A stretch of 59,552 bases of DNA, taken from positions 51,372,663 through 51,432,214 of the forward strand of contig NC_068998.1 in the NCBI RefSeq assembly GCF_001194135.2. Reading direction: 5' to 3'. The translations under genes and the position numbers were made by a program. Source of the stretch: Octopus bimaculoides. Its lineage: Eukaryota. Under the pieces are notes generated by a model, which made no database searches, was not told the origin of the DNA, and was given only the letters and a program-made list of their open reading frames with translations. Of the stretch, positions 1 to 13,594 are shown in pieces; the stretch's first letter is position 1; the number at the start of each line of letters is the position of its first letter.

Positions 1-50
<50 letters not shown>
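1..50. repeat. (CT)n microsatellite
   Basis: Perfect CT dinucleotide run at the window start. Confidence 0.98.
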
Positions 51-53
<3 letters not shown>

Positions 54-54
54 C

Positions 55-96
55 TTAAGTTCAAATCCCGCCGAGGCCAAATTTGCTTTTTCTATA
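55..96 (+). mobile_element. SINE-A fragment (B-box region)
   Basis: ttaagttcaaatcccgccgaggccaaatttgcttt matches the gagttcaaattccgccgaggtcgactttgcc segment of the fuller copies at 2614 and 32680. Confidence 0.6.
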
Positions 97-935
97 TTCT
101 GACTCAATAAACACATTTCTAGTTAAACACTCAGACCGATTACTTCTGTCCTCTGGAATCCGTTTACGTAAGTATTTCTCAAACCCTTTTAACTCCTACC
201 TCCCACCACCACCACCACACATTTTTACAACCATTTCTCCTATCTCCGCTTCACTCTGCTTCAGTGTCACCCCCGCCATAGTAATATATATACAGGTTAC
301 TTTAAGCCAGCTTAATATACTTCTTACCAGTTTGTCGCAGGTAACTACTTATCGGAACATCACCTTACTTCAAGCAAATTCCTGTCTACATAATTATTAT
401 ACGTTGTGCTTTGTTTATTTATTTACTCGAAGTCTATTATGTTGTCGTTACTTTTATTACCGTTGTTGTGATTATGGCTAGCAAGCAGCTTATGATATTG
501 CATAATATTTTTAACTTAATATCTAAATAGGAAACGAAGTGTACAGATGCATCTGTCGCCTACTAACGCCTCCTTTGTCTCCGCTCTCCCCATAATTTTC
601 TTTTCCATCATCCCATAGAGGCATACTGCTTACTTTGAGGAGCACAAAATACACGAACGGCTTAGAAACTTTAATATCACTCTTTCGGTACGATAAAAAT
701 TAGTCTTAGCTCCCAATATCATCGCTGTTTGTTCTAATCGTCGTCGGTTAGCGACGTGTTTTTTTTTCTTTTCGTTTTTTTTTTTGTTTTTTTGCCTATT
801 TTTCTTTTATTTAATACGCTGGGACTTGGTTGATATGACAAACAGGGTGAAATCTGTTCCCTTATCGGTTGGCAATTAATGTTAGAGGGAAATGGTGAAT
901 TGCATGAATTTTTTTTCTGTGGAGAGTACATATAT

Positions 936-1035
936 GAAGGCGCATGGCTTGCTGAGAAGTGTGTTACGGTTGCGAGATCGGAATTTCGATTCCCTGACCG
1001 GGCGTTGCGTTGTGTTCTTGAGCAAAACATTCATT
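936..1035 (+). mobile_element. SINE-C head fragment (tRNA-like head plus CORE-like cttgagcaa)
   Basis: tgaaggcgcatggctt...tttcgattccctgaccgggcgttgcgttgtgttcttgagcaaaaca; same head as the minus-strand fragment at 53612-53666. Confidence 0.65.
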
Positions 1036-1963
1036 ATGGTGGTGGTGGTGGTGGTGGTGGTAGTCATCGTCGTCGTGTTAATGATAGTAGTAGTAATCTT
1101 GGGAATCGATTAAGATGTTCTTGGTTTTCGTAGATTATTTGTCGAGTGCCTAAAATAACCACGGCTTTGTAAGTTGGACATGGACTGTCGTATCATTTCG
1201 CCTCGACCTTACCGTTCTCGCTGGATACTCTCGTCTATTACAGCATTATCTACCATTGTCCTCTTCGTAATAACTCAGTTTGCTTCGCAATAACTCAGTC
1301 TCCTTCAATCATATTTTCCTGTGCAAAATACTGTTTGAATAAAAGACAGCAGCGTTTTTGATCACAAGTTTGTTCGATCGCTGCAGACCTAAGTTAGATA
1401 ATAAATAAAAAAAGCTGCATCGTTGACCAAGCTAACGATTGGCCCACAATGTAGTTTCGTGACTGACTAGAAATAGCAGTCATAAATTACCTCAGATCTC
1501 ACAAAATAGTCTTAACATTGGAAGGGTACATTCAACACTGCTGACCTAGGTACACGAAAAATCGGATTGAAATGCTCTTGATTATAAGATTTCTGAATCA
1601 ATGATGACGCAATAGTGACAGCACAGCTAATGGAAGAGCATCTACATGTTTGCACAACCTATTGGAAATCGCAACTAAGGATTCCTTCAGATCATACACT
1701 GCATCGTTTCAATAAGAACATGGTTTCTTAATGTAATTCCCTAAATGAGAAAGGAGTGTTGGTCCTGGTCAGAGATCCACTTAGTTGATGATCCGGGGCT
1801 AAAAATCAACAACAACTAATACTACTATTGCAGCTGCTGCTCCTATTACTGCTGCTACTGTTGACAGTTTTTTCTAGAAAATATTTCATAAGTAGAGCAT
1901 GTCGTTCTCCTAAAATATGTATGGTTTTTCCTTAATGGGAAATCAATATTCAATTCTCAATAC

Positions 1964-2239
1964 CAGAGAATTTTTTCCAAAATTAACACGTTGACGACAC
2001 ATTTTTCATAAAAATACAATTTGGCGCGACACAATAATTAAGTTTTGTTAGAGACACAAAATTAACGAAATTAATAAATTAATTAATAAATAAACAACTA
2101 AATACAAGTTTTCTGTCAAAATTTAAGCCAAATTGTCAAGAACATTTCACAGACAAATATTTGTAAAAAAACTAATTAGATTAAAATCAATTTTGCGACA
2201 CACCTAGAGAATATCAGTGACATAATTTGGAAACCTCTA
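1964..2239. mobile_element. Possible degraded hAT-like MITE
   Basis: Left end cagag..ttccaaaatt loosely matches the reverse complement of the right end (tagaggtttccaaatt); (g)cgacac motif occurs three times internally; no 8-bp TSD seen. Confidence 0.3.
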
Positions 2240-2613
2240 CGTTAACAATTTAGAAATTATAAAAAGTGGTGGTTACGGCGGCTGTGCTGTTGGTGGCGTC
2301 GGTGATCTTCAGTGTCCAAGACGTTCCTGATTCTGCAGACTTAGGATCAAAGCCATAATCCCGACTTTACTCAGAAGATGATAACGAATTTATTTATTCC
2401 TGACATGGTATACCTTGGATAACACGAACCGATGTGCATGTGCGTGTCTTTTAGGACAATAAAGTGTAGTTTGAAGTTTATTTTACTGCTATTTTCTACC
2501 TATTTTGTAAAGGCACACGTGCTGGCTCATATTAAAGTGGGTGGAGCACATTAATGTGAAGAGACTGGCAGAATACCCGGTGCACTGCTACGGATCATAT
2601 TATGACATCACTT

Positions 2614-2953
2614 AAGGCGGCGAGCTGGCAGAGTCGGTAGCACGCCGGGCGAAATGCTTAGCGGTATTTTCGTCTGTCTACCTTTTGAGCTCAAATTCCG
2701 CCGAGGTCGACTTTGCCTTTCATCTTTTCGGGGCCGATAAATTAAGTTACGTACTGGGGTCGATGTAATCGACTTAATCCCTTTGTCTGTCCTTGTTTGT
2801 CCCTTGTATGTTTAGCCCCTTGTGGGCAATAAAGAAATAAGAAACGTTAGCACGCCGGGCGAAATGCTTAGCGGTATTTCGTCTGCCGTTACGTTCTGAG
2901 TTCAAATTCCGCCGAGGTCGACTTTGTCTTTTCTCCTTTTGAGGTCGATAATT
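2614..2953 (+). mobile_element. SINE-A, full copy followed by a second partial head-to-tail unit (dimer)
   Basis: Head ggcggcgagctggcagagtcggtagcac, B-box-like gagctcaaattcc, central ggtcgactttgcctttcatcttttcgg..gataaattaag (Nin/Deu-like). The 32-bp segment 2638-2669 is repeated exactly at 2848-2879. Confidence 0.9.
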
Positions 2954-3174
2954 ATAATATATTGTATGTTCAACACCCCATGTCTATGAAAAGATTTTAT
3001 CTCAGACAACAGCCACGGCATCAAGCCTTTCAACTATGTATATATACAGTTTGTATGATACGTGGATGGTTGTCTATTTCTGCTTCAGTTGCGCTCTCAG
3101 AGTTTATTACAGCCCGGCAAGTTTTCCGCAAAACTAGTGAATGTATGTATTCACTGTTTCCTATGTATCAAAGC

Positions 3175-3312
3175 ACCTTCACATCAACTCCAGCACTTGG
3201 GTATTGACCCTGGTAGGAACGAAAGGCTAAGTATGTCTCGACAGTATTCGAACTCAGAATGAAAAGAGCCGCAACACATACTGGTGCTCTAACTGTTCTG
3301 CTAATTTTCCGA
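3175..3312 (-). mobile_element. Degenerate SINE-A
   Basis: Reverse complement reads ..agcagaacagttagagcacc..ttctgagttcgaatactgtcgag..agcctttcgttcc.. Confidence 0.6.
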
Positions 3313-3344
3313 ACGTTTTTTATTTATTTTTTTATTTTTGACAA

Positions 3345-3660
3345 TTTAACTGGTCCTCCGCCAGTGACGACGACGAGTGTTCCAGTTGATATGATCAACG
3401 GAACAGCCTGCTTGTGAAATTAACGGGAAAATGGCTGAGCGCTCTACAGACACGCGCACCCTTAACGTAGTTCTAGGGGAGATTCAGCGTGATACAGAGT
3501 GTGACAGGGACACCCCTTTTAAATGCAGATACGACTCATCTTTTTAGGTGTTGCATGCGGAATGCGCTGGAGCAACGTGAAATAAAGTGTCTTGCTTAAA
3601 ACACAATGCGCCGCTGCAAATCGAACCCCTTAATCACTGCAGACACGCGCCTTCATTGAC
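3345..3660 (-). mobile_element. SINE-C body with degraded head
   Basis: ctggagcaacgtgaaataaagtgtcttgct (reverse complement of a CORE-like agcaagacactttatttcacgttgctccag) followed by atcgaaccc (antisense B box). Confidence 0.65.
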
Positions 3661-5177
3661 TTCAGTGAAATATATTGTCTCTCTCAAATCCACAAAAGAT
3701 TATTCATAGACTTTCCCTTCTGATACGTTAGTTTGTGTTGCTGACCGAGAAACTTAAGGGCAGGTCTATATTTCGAGCTGTTAGTACCATTCATCATAAA
3801 TTAATATTTGGAAAATAAAGCAATCAACGCCTGCAATGAGATTAATAGGTTTTGCAGACGTTGAGTAATATTCTGGAAATTTCCATAAGAAATAATAGCA
3901 TTAAGGCAATTAAAACCTGATTAGATGAAAAGCGAAAAGCTCATTATAGACATTACTTTTGATGGAAACGTATATGAAAAAGTCTTACATAGAGAAGTTT
4001 CTAATTGTAAGTATAAATCGAAAATTATTATACAAAAACAACTCTATTCTATTCTTTTAAACAGAAAAATCTACGTTAGCAAAGCAATGCTTTTCACAGA
4101 CCGTATCACTTGCAGAAATATACAACAGATATAGACATAGCGAAATAATAACTCTTCAACAATGATTGTTCATCTTCAGAAAATCCAGCAAGCAGCTAAC
4201 GTGAAAATTAGATAAAAGCCAGCCATTTTCAATTCTATAATAATTATCAATGTTCAGATGCACACAAATAGTTAGGTTAATAAATGAAAGTGAAGCCTCC
4301 TGCCTAGATTAAATTTACCAAAATAACAAGATTAATGATATTTTATTGAAAAGCTAAATATAATTCCATTTCTTATGTCAGAAAACATATTAAGTTATCT
4401 AACAAATATTATAATTTTAATTTGACAGTTTTGTAATGGCATTCGCTCTCAAAACGCAGGAGAGTAATTTTACAGCATGACAGACAGTGATATGCGACTA
4501 CAACACCTGCAGCAGCAGCAATGTCCACTGTGTTTGTGTATGTGTGTGTGAGTGTAAAGAGATACATGGATACAGATACGTTCACACAAACATGCACATG
4601 CATAAGAAGAACATGAAAGAGTACAAAATTATGAACCTCTACACATAATATTGAATAAGGTTGCAGACGATTGCTGGTTTTAAATAACCTGTATATCAGC
4701 AAATTGGAAGATATCCAATTTATTCAGATATATAATAAATTGTTCATCCTTTAGACCAGATAGCAACCAACCAACGAACCAAGGTATAGTATAAGCAAAA
4801 ATCGATACTATTTAACGATTACTATTCATCCAAATGTTACATTCGCCCACTCGTTCTTTCGACGTAATCCCGATGTAAAGTGATATCGTCTGAATTACGA
4901 CAGGTGAAGTTTTACAAGTAAATGTCGAATTGAAGTTTTTCATAGCAAGCTTTCTTGGTTTCTATTGAATAAGGATTGGCAAGTGTTCTACACACAATAA
5001 CATTTATATTATTTACAGATGTCATGTTTGTTCATGCAAAACTCATTTTTCTGTCAGTTGCTCTGATTTCGGAATGAGAATGCCAAGGACCAACGACGGA
5101 GACGACGTGGCGGCTGAACTGCCGTTAAACATTTCACAACGTCTTAAAATAGAATGAAACACTAGATGATATAAACC

Positions 5178-5316
5178 NNNNNNNNNNNNNNNNNNNNNNN
5201 NNNNNNNNNNNNNNNNNNNNNNNNNNNNNNNNNNNNNNNNNNNNNNNNNNNNNNNNNNNNNNNNNNNNNNNNNNNNNNNNNNNNNNNNNNNNNNNNNNNN
5301 NNNNNNNNNNNNNNNN
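5178..5316. other. Assembly gap (N run)
   Basis: Run of N. Confidence 1.
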
Positions 5317-5665
5317 ATATACACACACATATATATATACACACATATGCTTATTAACGTTTGTTTTCGTGCTATAGTAAAAGTAATTCTACATTAAATT
5401 GAAGGATAATTCAGTGAATATGAATATGAGTACACATTTATTATTCTTTAACAAGTCTAGTATTTAGAATTACTTGGAAGTTTCGGACAGCTTATATAAA
5501 TGTGAGTGTGTGTGTTCTGAGGAATTTTTACAAATTTCAATTTTTGTTCTTTCTTGATCACGAATCATGAAGATATTGAACGTAAAAACAGATACACGCA
5601 TTCAGCCATACACACATGCACACTCACATATACGTACATACATATATACATACATGCATGTGTGC

Positions 5666-5708
<43 letters not shown>

Positions 5709-8094
5709 AGCTTGCGCTCTGTTCTTTGCCTACTTTCTGTTTTTTAACCGTAGCTTACTGATGCAATCTTTGTACTCTAGAAGCCGTATCAGAATTATAA
5801 TTGCAAAATAAAGCTATTTCAAACTCATCGCCTCAAGATCGCTATGAATGCGTCGAGGTTGTTGACATAAACCGGAGAAATATTTCGTAGGACAGATATT
5901 TCTAGAATCTTCGACGTTTTTTATGGGTTATCTTTCAACAGAAAAATTAATTAGGTTACGTTATAACGTAATATCAAATATCGATTATGTATACATTTAC
6001 CTTTGGGCAAGTAACATGTTTTCTAAACACTGTATTCAATGGCTTCATTCTTTCATTTACTTTTATTGAGAATAAACGCTTCTCGTGATCTCCATAAATT
6101 TCAATATGTGTGTCTGCTCGTGTGTGTATATACATATTCATCTGTATTTAGCAGAGTTCGCTACCACATGAATTTGAACCATGTATCTGCTCTCAAAATA
6201 GCGGCTTCGTTTTCTATCCAATAATCACAGAAAACTTTAAAGGGGTCATGGGCGCTGCCCTTTATCTCTCTCTGACTAATCTATTATATTTTCATATAAC
6301 ACTTGGTTCTGTGCCAAGCCAAACAATCAATAATGATCCCGCAGGCTTGAAACTTTCTATGTAATATAGATATTAATAATAATGATGTGATGAAGTGTGG
6401 TAATATAGTATGTGAGTCAGGAATACATGCTAGTTGATTGAATAATTTATTAACTCTCTGCTTCATACAACTCTATTTATTATATTATTGATTAAACAAA
6501 TCAAATTTCCCATAAAACAAAGTCTACTTCCTAAATGTAATCCAAGACTTCCTCATGTATTTGCCAACAATCGAAATTTTGTGGTTGTTTTTGTTTTGTA
6601 TTTCTTTTTTTCAATTCCGAAAGAGGAAATTGTCTTCTTAATATTGGATGGTTGCAAGGCAGTTTTGCAGACATAGATATTAAGATATATTATCGTTCGT
6701 TATTAAAAAGAATGACCTACTGTCAAATATGAATTGAAACGAAAACAGCAGCTCAAGATCACACACTAAAGTCACGCTGACATCAAAATAAAGACTGCTA
6801 CTTCCATGTTTATCGCATTGAGAACCATTCTCGTTGGTCATGTTTTGTACGAAGTCAGCTCTGATATCATTCTAACGTATAAACAAAGATTAGTCAGCCA
6901 CGATCATTCCGTATTTTGTTCAGACATTCTCTGTCTGAAATTCCACGATCAGATATGTCCTTTCGCTTCTAAGTCAGTAGCGTGTGTTCTCAAATAGATT
7001 TAGTTATAATTCATTGTAGGTCGAGCGAAAACGCTGAATTACTTGTTTTGTGTGTTATACACAGAGAAACATTTTATATAGTGTGACCGAAAAGTTAAGT
7101 TCGCTTTGGAAACACACAGCCCTAAGTTTGAGCTTCGTGCGTGCCGTCTTCAGGAAATCATATTTTGCAAATCATATTTTGTATAGCGTCTGGTCGGCTC
7201 ATAATTTGTGAGAGAATCTGTATAAGTGGTAACTATACAGAAGCCTATCGGTAGGGTTATGCCTGTAAGTTCAAGCTCCAGCCTTATTATACACTGTCTT
7301 ACATAAATCCTGACTGAGAATTACATTCAGATAACTCGTGTTTGTGGAATAATTAAACACTTACGCGCTAATTCAAGGAAAGGTAATTAATTGGTAGCAC
7401 AACTGAATCGGTTTCCCCAATCTAAGGAGAAAGCTTAATCAAGAGAAAAACAGAAACCGGCCGAGGTAGTTGATGTTAGTTGCTTATGTCGGAAAAAAAA
7501 AAAACGAAGCCAACTGCTGTTTAGCTCGTTTCCTTTTGTTTGCTTTTTGTTTGTTTTGCTTTGTTTTTCTTATGACGTGTGGTGGTGAAGATGAGGGTGA
7601 TGGTTGGAATAGGGGGAAAGACAAGGAAGAAGAAAAAGGTAGAGGAGTAGGAGGAGAATTTGTTCACTGTTAATTACGTGGTTTATCATTTTACGCCGAA
7701 TGAAAATTTTAGAAGTAAATTCATTTATAAATATATAACTTAGGAGGCGAAATACAAACACTTAATCTCTCAGAATGGCTAAATAGGGAGATCATAGCAT
7801 TCGTACTTGTTTTATCAAAAATTAAAGAGAAAGGCTGTCTTTGATCCACTTAAATATTGAAGTTTGATTAAACATATAACACATTTCGTTGTTGAATTTT
7901 CAGGAAAATTACGATTTTGTCTTAGATTTCCTTCCATAGTTAAGACTTCAAAATGTTATCCTCGAACGGAAATCGCGACGAGTAAAATAATAGAATAATG
8001 TTGATTTCGATTATGTACCAAATTGATCAACATATTTACACAAAAGACGTAAATTCATATTTATATATATATATATGTATATATATATATACTA

Positions 8095-8229
8095 TTCCAC
8101 CGTGGTCGACTTTGCTTTTCATCCTTTCGGGGTTGATGAATTAAGTACCAGTTGCGTACTGGGATCGATCTAATCGATTGGCCCCCTCCCTCAAAATTTC
8201 AAAGCCCTGTGCCAAGAGTAGAAAAGAAT
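8095..8229 (+). mobile_element. SINE-A, 5'-truncated
   Basis: ggtcgactttgcttttcatcctttcggggttgatgaattaagtaccagt...gtgccaagagtagaaaagaat. Confidence 0.85.
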
Positions 8230-9184
8230 GTATATATTCCCCACGGTATTTTTGTCACATTTCACCACCGCCCAAACAACGAATAATGTCCTCCTCCCCC
8301 TCCTTTCATATAAAATATTACCATTTCTTTCGTTCTGTTTTATTTGATAATAATACCAATTATATTGCAGATTTCTTTCAGCAGCGTTGCTCAAGGAACA
8401 AATACAGAAAACAAAATCTATGTTCAGCAACGTACGTGTACGGTTTTAACATTTCTATATTTCCGTGTAGATATCATTGTGTTTATAACATTCACGTTCC
8501 TTATGTATCAACATGTTAGGAAACTATATTAAAAAGATATTTTTCGCTCTTTTTTCCTTTTTCATACCTCCGGCTTCGTTTGCACTTTAAGTTACTCTCA
8601 ACAGTAAACGTCATAATTTTGCAGTAAGATGCAGTCATACAGGTCATATACAGGAGTACTTATGCTGTTGTTGCTGTTACCAGTAGTGGTGGTGGTGGTG
8701 GTGGTGGTGGTGGTTGGGGTTTTTGGTGGTGGTGGTGGTGGTTGTTACACGCTTCACGTTTTCGTTCATCAATTTATTTTCGCTTTTTTTTCTCTCTAAT
8801 GTGAATAAGGTTATTTCATTGAAGACAACTTGATTTTCGGAAGACATGACAAGAATCGTGCTGCAATGGACATTTTTCTGGAAACAATTAAGAGGTCGTC
8901 ATTGCTTTCGTGGAAAAAAAATATACATAGATTCATAGGCACACATACATACACATATTGTGTACGCGTATATATATATGTGTACGTTTGTGTGTGTTTG
9001 TATGTGTGTGTGTGAGTATATGAGTATTTATGTGGTTGGGGCATGTGTACATGTCAGTTTATGTATGCATGCACACACAGATAACACACACACACAGATA
9101 TAAAAATAGATAGGTTGATAGGTAGGTAGGTAGGTAAATAAATAGATAAATGGGTTGAGTGCACCTCCTTTCCTTTGTCCACTC

Positions 9185-9272
9185 ATATATATGTGTGTAT
9201 GTATATGTATATATACGTATGTATATATGTATATGTATATATACGTATGTATATATGTATATGTATATATAC

Positions 9273-9340
<68 letters not shown>

Positions 9341-9358
9341 GTATGTATGTACATATAT
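9185..9358. repeat. (TA)n / (GTATAT)n compound microsatellite with a 28-bp higher-order unit
   Basis: atatacgtatgtatatatgtatatgtat occurs at 9211-9238 and 9239-9266, then a long (TA)n run. Confidence 0.9.
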
Positions 9359-9360
9359 AC

Positions 9361-10655
9361 TCGGCCTATTGGCCTTAATTTCTCTTTCTGTGTGTATTGG
9401 TATATCCCAGAGTATGGTTTTCTCATTTTCTGTGACCTTTTCCGGCGTGTCTATATACCATCTTTATTTCTGTTGTTATTCCAGTGTGTATAGATCCCAA
9501 CACTGTCGTGTGTCTATGAATATATTCCTTCCTAGACAGGAATGGGCAGCCAGAGACAATATGATTTATCGTTTCTTCTCCATCTCCACATATTCTGCAG
9601 TTACTTATATTTCTTTTCCTTACATGTTTTTGGTAATTTCTGATGGGAAGGCTTTGATCTTATACTGCAATTAAAAATCTTTCAGGTTCTACCTTGAGTC
9701 CTGAGCTTCTCAACCATCGTTAAGATTTTACTTTGTCTATTTCTTTTCTGTTATTTTAACCCAGTATTTGCTATGAAGGGTCTTTTCTCGCCATCGTTTT
9801 ATCATGATCCATTGCTATTCCTATTTTTAGTTTGGATTTCAGTTGTTTTACAGCTTTTGTTGTTTCTTCTGTTTCTTTATAGTTGTTTGGTACTATGATT
9901 TTTTTTTTCTTGTATTTGTCAGCTTCCTTAAAAACTGAAAACAGATTTTTGTTTCGTTCGTGTTTCATGGGCTATTTGTATTAGTTTTCCTTGCTTCTGA
10001 AGTATGTATTTCTGTAGTCCTATATTGTTTATTCTTAATAGTGTTCTAGCTGTATAAAGCCTCTATCATCTTCCATACGTTGTATATATAACCTTTCTGT
10101 GTCAGATTTTGGGTGGTGCATTCTAGATTATGTCATTACTTTTCTTATTCTCCTGTCTATTTTGATTAGTTCACTTAGAGTCCGGTTAAGGATATTGTAA
10201 CTGCAACTTATAACTGGGACGGCTAGAGCATTGATATTTGTTATCTTGTTTTCGCGTTGAACTCTGTTTTCAGTATTAATCTAACTCGTCTATAGTATTC
10301 CTTTCTTATCATCTTTCATTTGTGTGTGTTCTGTCATATCTGGTTCATTGATTCCTAATTATTTGTATGTCTGGCTTTGGTCTAATTCTCTTATCTAATT
10401 TGCTTTATCTAGTGTGATGATGTTACTCGTGACTAGTTTTCCTCTTTCCAAGGTTGCTTTGGCACATTTTTCTAAGCCAACTTACATGTTTATTTCTTTG
10501 GTAAATCCATGTACTGTCTGTACTAATGTTTCCAGCAGTTAACCATTTGTAGCGTACAGTTTTAGATCATCCATATACAAGAGGCGGCTGATTGATTTGC
10601 CATAACAGTTGTATTCACATCCAGTTCTGTTTAGTATGTCAGATAAAGGTGTCAG
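9361..10655 (-). mobile_element. Decayed non-LTR retrotransposon fragment with restriction-like endonuclease (R4/Dong-like): RT C-terminal half, thumb, CCHC knuckle, start of RLE
   Basis: Minus-strand translation gives LLYMDDLKLY (YMDD at 10566-10577), CRICGDGEETINHIVSGC (C-x2-C-x8-H-x4-C, 9546-9599), RHD, then [29 protein letters not shown]. Many stops and frameshifts. Confidence 0.9.
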
Positions 10656-10658
10656 TGC

Positions 10659-10730
10659 TATTATTATTATTATCATTATCTTCGTCATCATCATCATCAT
10701 CATTATTATTATTATTATTATTATTATTAG
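10659..10730. repeat. (ATT)n/(ATC)n trinucleotide microsatellite
   Basis: Direct reading; abuts the 5'-truncated end of the LINE. Confidence 0.95.
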
Positions 10731-12139
10731 TTTCTTTGTCAGTGTTGTCTCGACACTTACTGTGATCTCTTCAATTACTATATATTCTTCGTGTCTCCTC
10801 TTCTCACTTGTCTTGTCTATTTCATCTCGTGTTTTTTATATATTTTCCTGCTAACGCTTAATGTGTTATCTGTAACAGTAATGTTCCATATACCACTAAC
10901 ATTTCAAGTGCGTTTCTGCCTCGGCTTCCAACTAAAATTACGCTGGTAGGAAACGATAGGGGTACTTAACACCACATTATGTTCTGGGCTATAAGCGATC
11001 ATTGGAATAATGTTTTAACTAATAAAATCATCATCGCTGGATTTAAAAATCATTTAATATTTACCCACTGGCTATTTTCATAGTTTTCTTTCCTTGTGTG
11101 CTATACAAGTATGCTGGTTGTTTTTCTTTATATTTCTATCAATATAGCTCTTGCAGCTAATTTTTATATTGCTATTAATATAGCTTTTATAGCTAAGTTT
11201 AGCGAGGTTAGAGAGAGAACGAGAAAGAGAGAGGAGGAAAGAGAGAGACTAAGTTGTTCTTCCTGTATTGACTCCAAATATCGATTTTTCCGAGTTGTTT
11301 CAATCCCTAATTTTCTATTTCCACAATCAAATTTATAAATCTATTCGCAGTAACATTTAGAACCATACAACGCAATGACATCCCATTAAAGAAGCGAGTT
11401 TATTAGAGAATTTGTTTTACGTTTTACCACTACAGAAATTCAATAGCTTTCCAGTAATTTTGGCAGTAATTATACGAAAATGAGATATGTAGTTGCGTTA
11501 ACGACTACCCCTGTGTTGTCACTCAACGAGGTAGACACATCAGCCAACTTTTTAATCTTACCCTTGTGTCACAAGGATGAAGCGATTACTTTGTCTGAGA
11601 ATATAAGGATAATGTAATCTTCGATATCTGAAATAAAGGTACTGAGCAGGACTGCAATACCATTTCGAATAACGCAACTAGGTGTAAGCAACAATAATAT
11701 ATAGTTGCACGCCCACATGCATACATACATATACCTACACAAAATCCTGCTTTGATACGATTTTGCGTGTAATCGATTTATGAACACGCCAATTTTTCGC
11801 TCCAGCAACTTAATTCCAAGGCTGCGTTTATGTTACTAACGTTGTTGACACCACCAGAATGAATGGTTGAATGCTACAGGCCATGTGTTGAAATAATATT
11901 GATATTCGTTAGGCTGCTGATGATGGGAATATATCTGTCATGCCTGTTGTCTGTGAATCATATATCTTGTGGTCTAGTTATTCTACGTTGTCTTTCATTC
12001 TCGTAAAGTGGAACTTGTTAACGGGTTAATGGCTTGTGGAGCCATATATATATCAGACGCATTGCTTCCCTTTCCTCTGATCCGGGAACGTAAGCCCTTT
12101 TTCAACACGAGCACCGCCCGATTTAGGCTCAATCGCTGC

Positions 12140-12348
12140 TTAACCCACTAGCGTTCAGGTTACTTTGTCAATTGTAGTATTTCATTAATAATGCATAATC
12201 TCCGAGCTACGAGATTTTGATGACGTGATTGTTTAATTTTAGAATAACATTGTAGGGTAGGTACGAGAGGCCGAATCTGGCTAGTTTGAACATAAAACAG
12301 GTAGAATATTTGGGCCTGACATGACCAGTTTAAAAGCTAAAGAGTTAA
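12140..12348. mobile_element. piggyBac-like MITE (TTAA flanks, short degenerate TIRs)
   Basis: Left TTAA-cccactagc; right gctaaagag-TTAA (reverse complement TTAA-ctctttagc); about 200 bp and non-coding. Confidence 0.6.
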
Positions 12349-13160
12349 ATATGTCCTTGTGAAAGCATTACCGGCAACGAAGAGGCGCGTCCTTCAATGA
12401 CAAATCAAGTAAATCTGTTGTGGTTTCACGTTGGCTTGAAATCTATATCTAATAAGCCGATTTACTATCTTTCGTTTTGCCTTTGATAAATATCTTCTAA
12501 TTAACTAAAGGCATTTTAAGGCCTTTTGTAATGCTAGTGGATTGATGGCATGGACTTTCATGCATTTCTATGAAGTAAATGATATCATTGAAATTATTGC
12601 TTCTTTTAATTAGATGCAACAAACACAGCCGGCATGGTTTGTAATTGGACGTATTAAGAATAAAGCTTCTCCGCCGTGTCGCTGGAGTCATTTGAATGTG
12701 TGCGCTTATATGTTTGTATATATATGTATGTATATACGTACACCAACACAGAATCACGCAGTCACAACGCATGCATTACATCTGAACACATACACGCACA
12801 CACACGAACAGACATTCACGCATACATACATACATTCACACACTGTGACAAAAGTAAACCCTTAGCTACGTCTTGCTCTGCATCGAGCACGTTTGTCTTG
12901 CATAATCCTCTTTGAAATTATGGTGTTTTGTTACTTTCATATTCGCGACTCCTATTAACTGTCAAGCTCTAATAATACTTCTTGTGTGTCGACAGAAGAT
13001 GTTTCGATGTACTTTTCTTCCTGGCTGTTGTCTTTGAAATTGTTCCTACTTTTAATTAGATATCAGAAATATAGCAGACATTCTTTGAAACGGCCTATAC
13101 TTAGTCTTTGAGTGTTGAGTTCTTATAGCTTTCTATATATCAGTCACTTAATTTCAACCG

Positions 13161-13243
13161 ATCTCTCTTTCTCTCTCTTATGTTCTTTCTCAACCTCTCT
13201 CTTTCTCTTTCTCTCTCTTATGTTCTTTCTCAACCTCTCTCTT

Positions 13244-13296
<53 letters not shown>

Positions 13297-13554
13297 GACA
13301 GGCATGCACACACTCACAGACACACGCAAGTACACATACACACACATACACACACACACACTCACACACACACATACACACAAACACATTCTTGTTCACT
13401 TTTTCTGTCTCACCCTCTCTCACATCCGCACACAGACATATACATGCGCACACACACACACACACACACACTCCTCTCTCAAGCACACTCTGGCATACAA
13501 AAAATCACAGACATACAAAAAATCACACACGCTCTCTCGCACATTCATACAGCT

Positions 13555-13594
<40 letters not shown>

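Noticed and set aside
879-1175. Apparent CpG-rich promoter or first exon with GTAAGT donor and 84-aa ORF
   Set aside because: The GC-rich part is a SINE-C head followed by (GGT)n; the donor alone is not sufficient evidence.
12995-13024. Minus-strand hammerhead-like remnant (caggaaga..gaaacatc)
   Set aside because: Core and stem II too degenerate to support.
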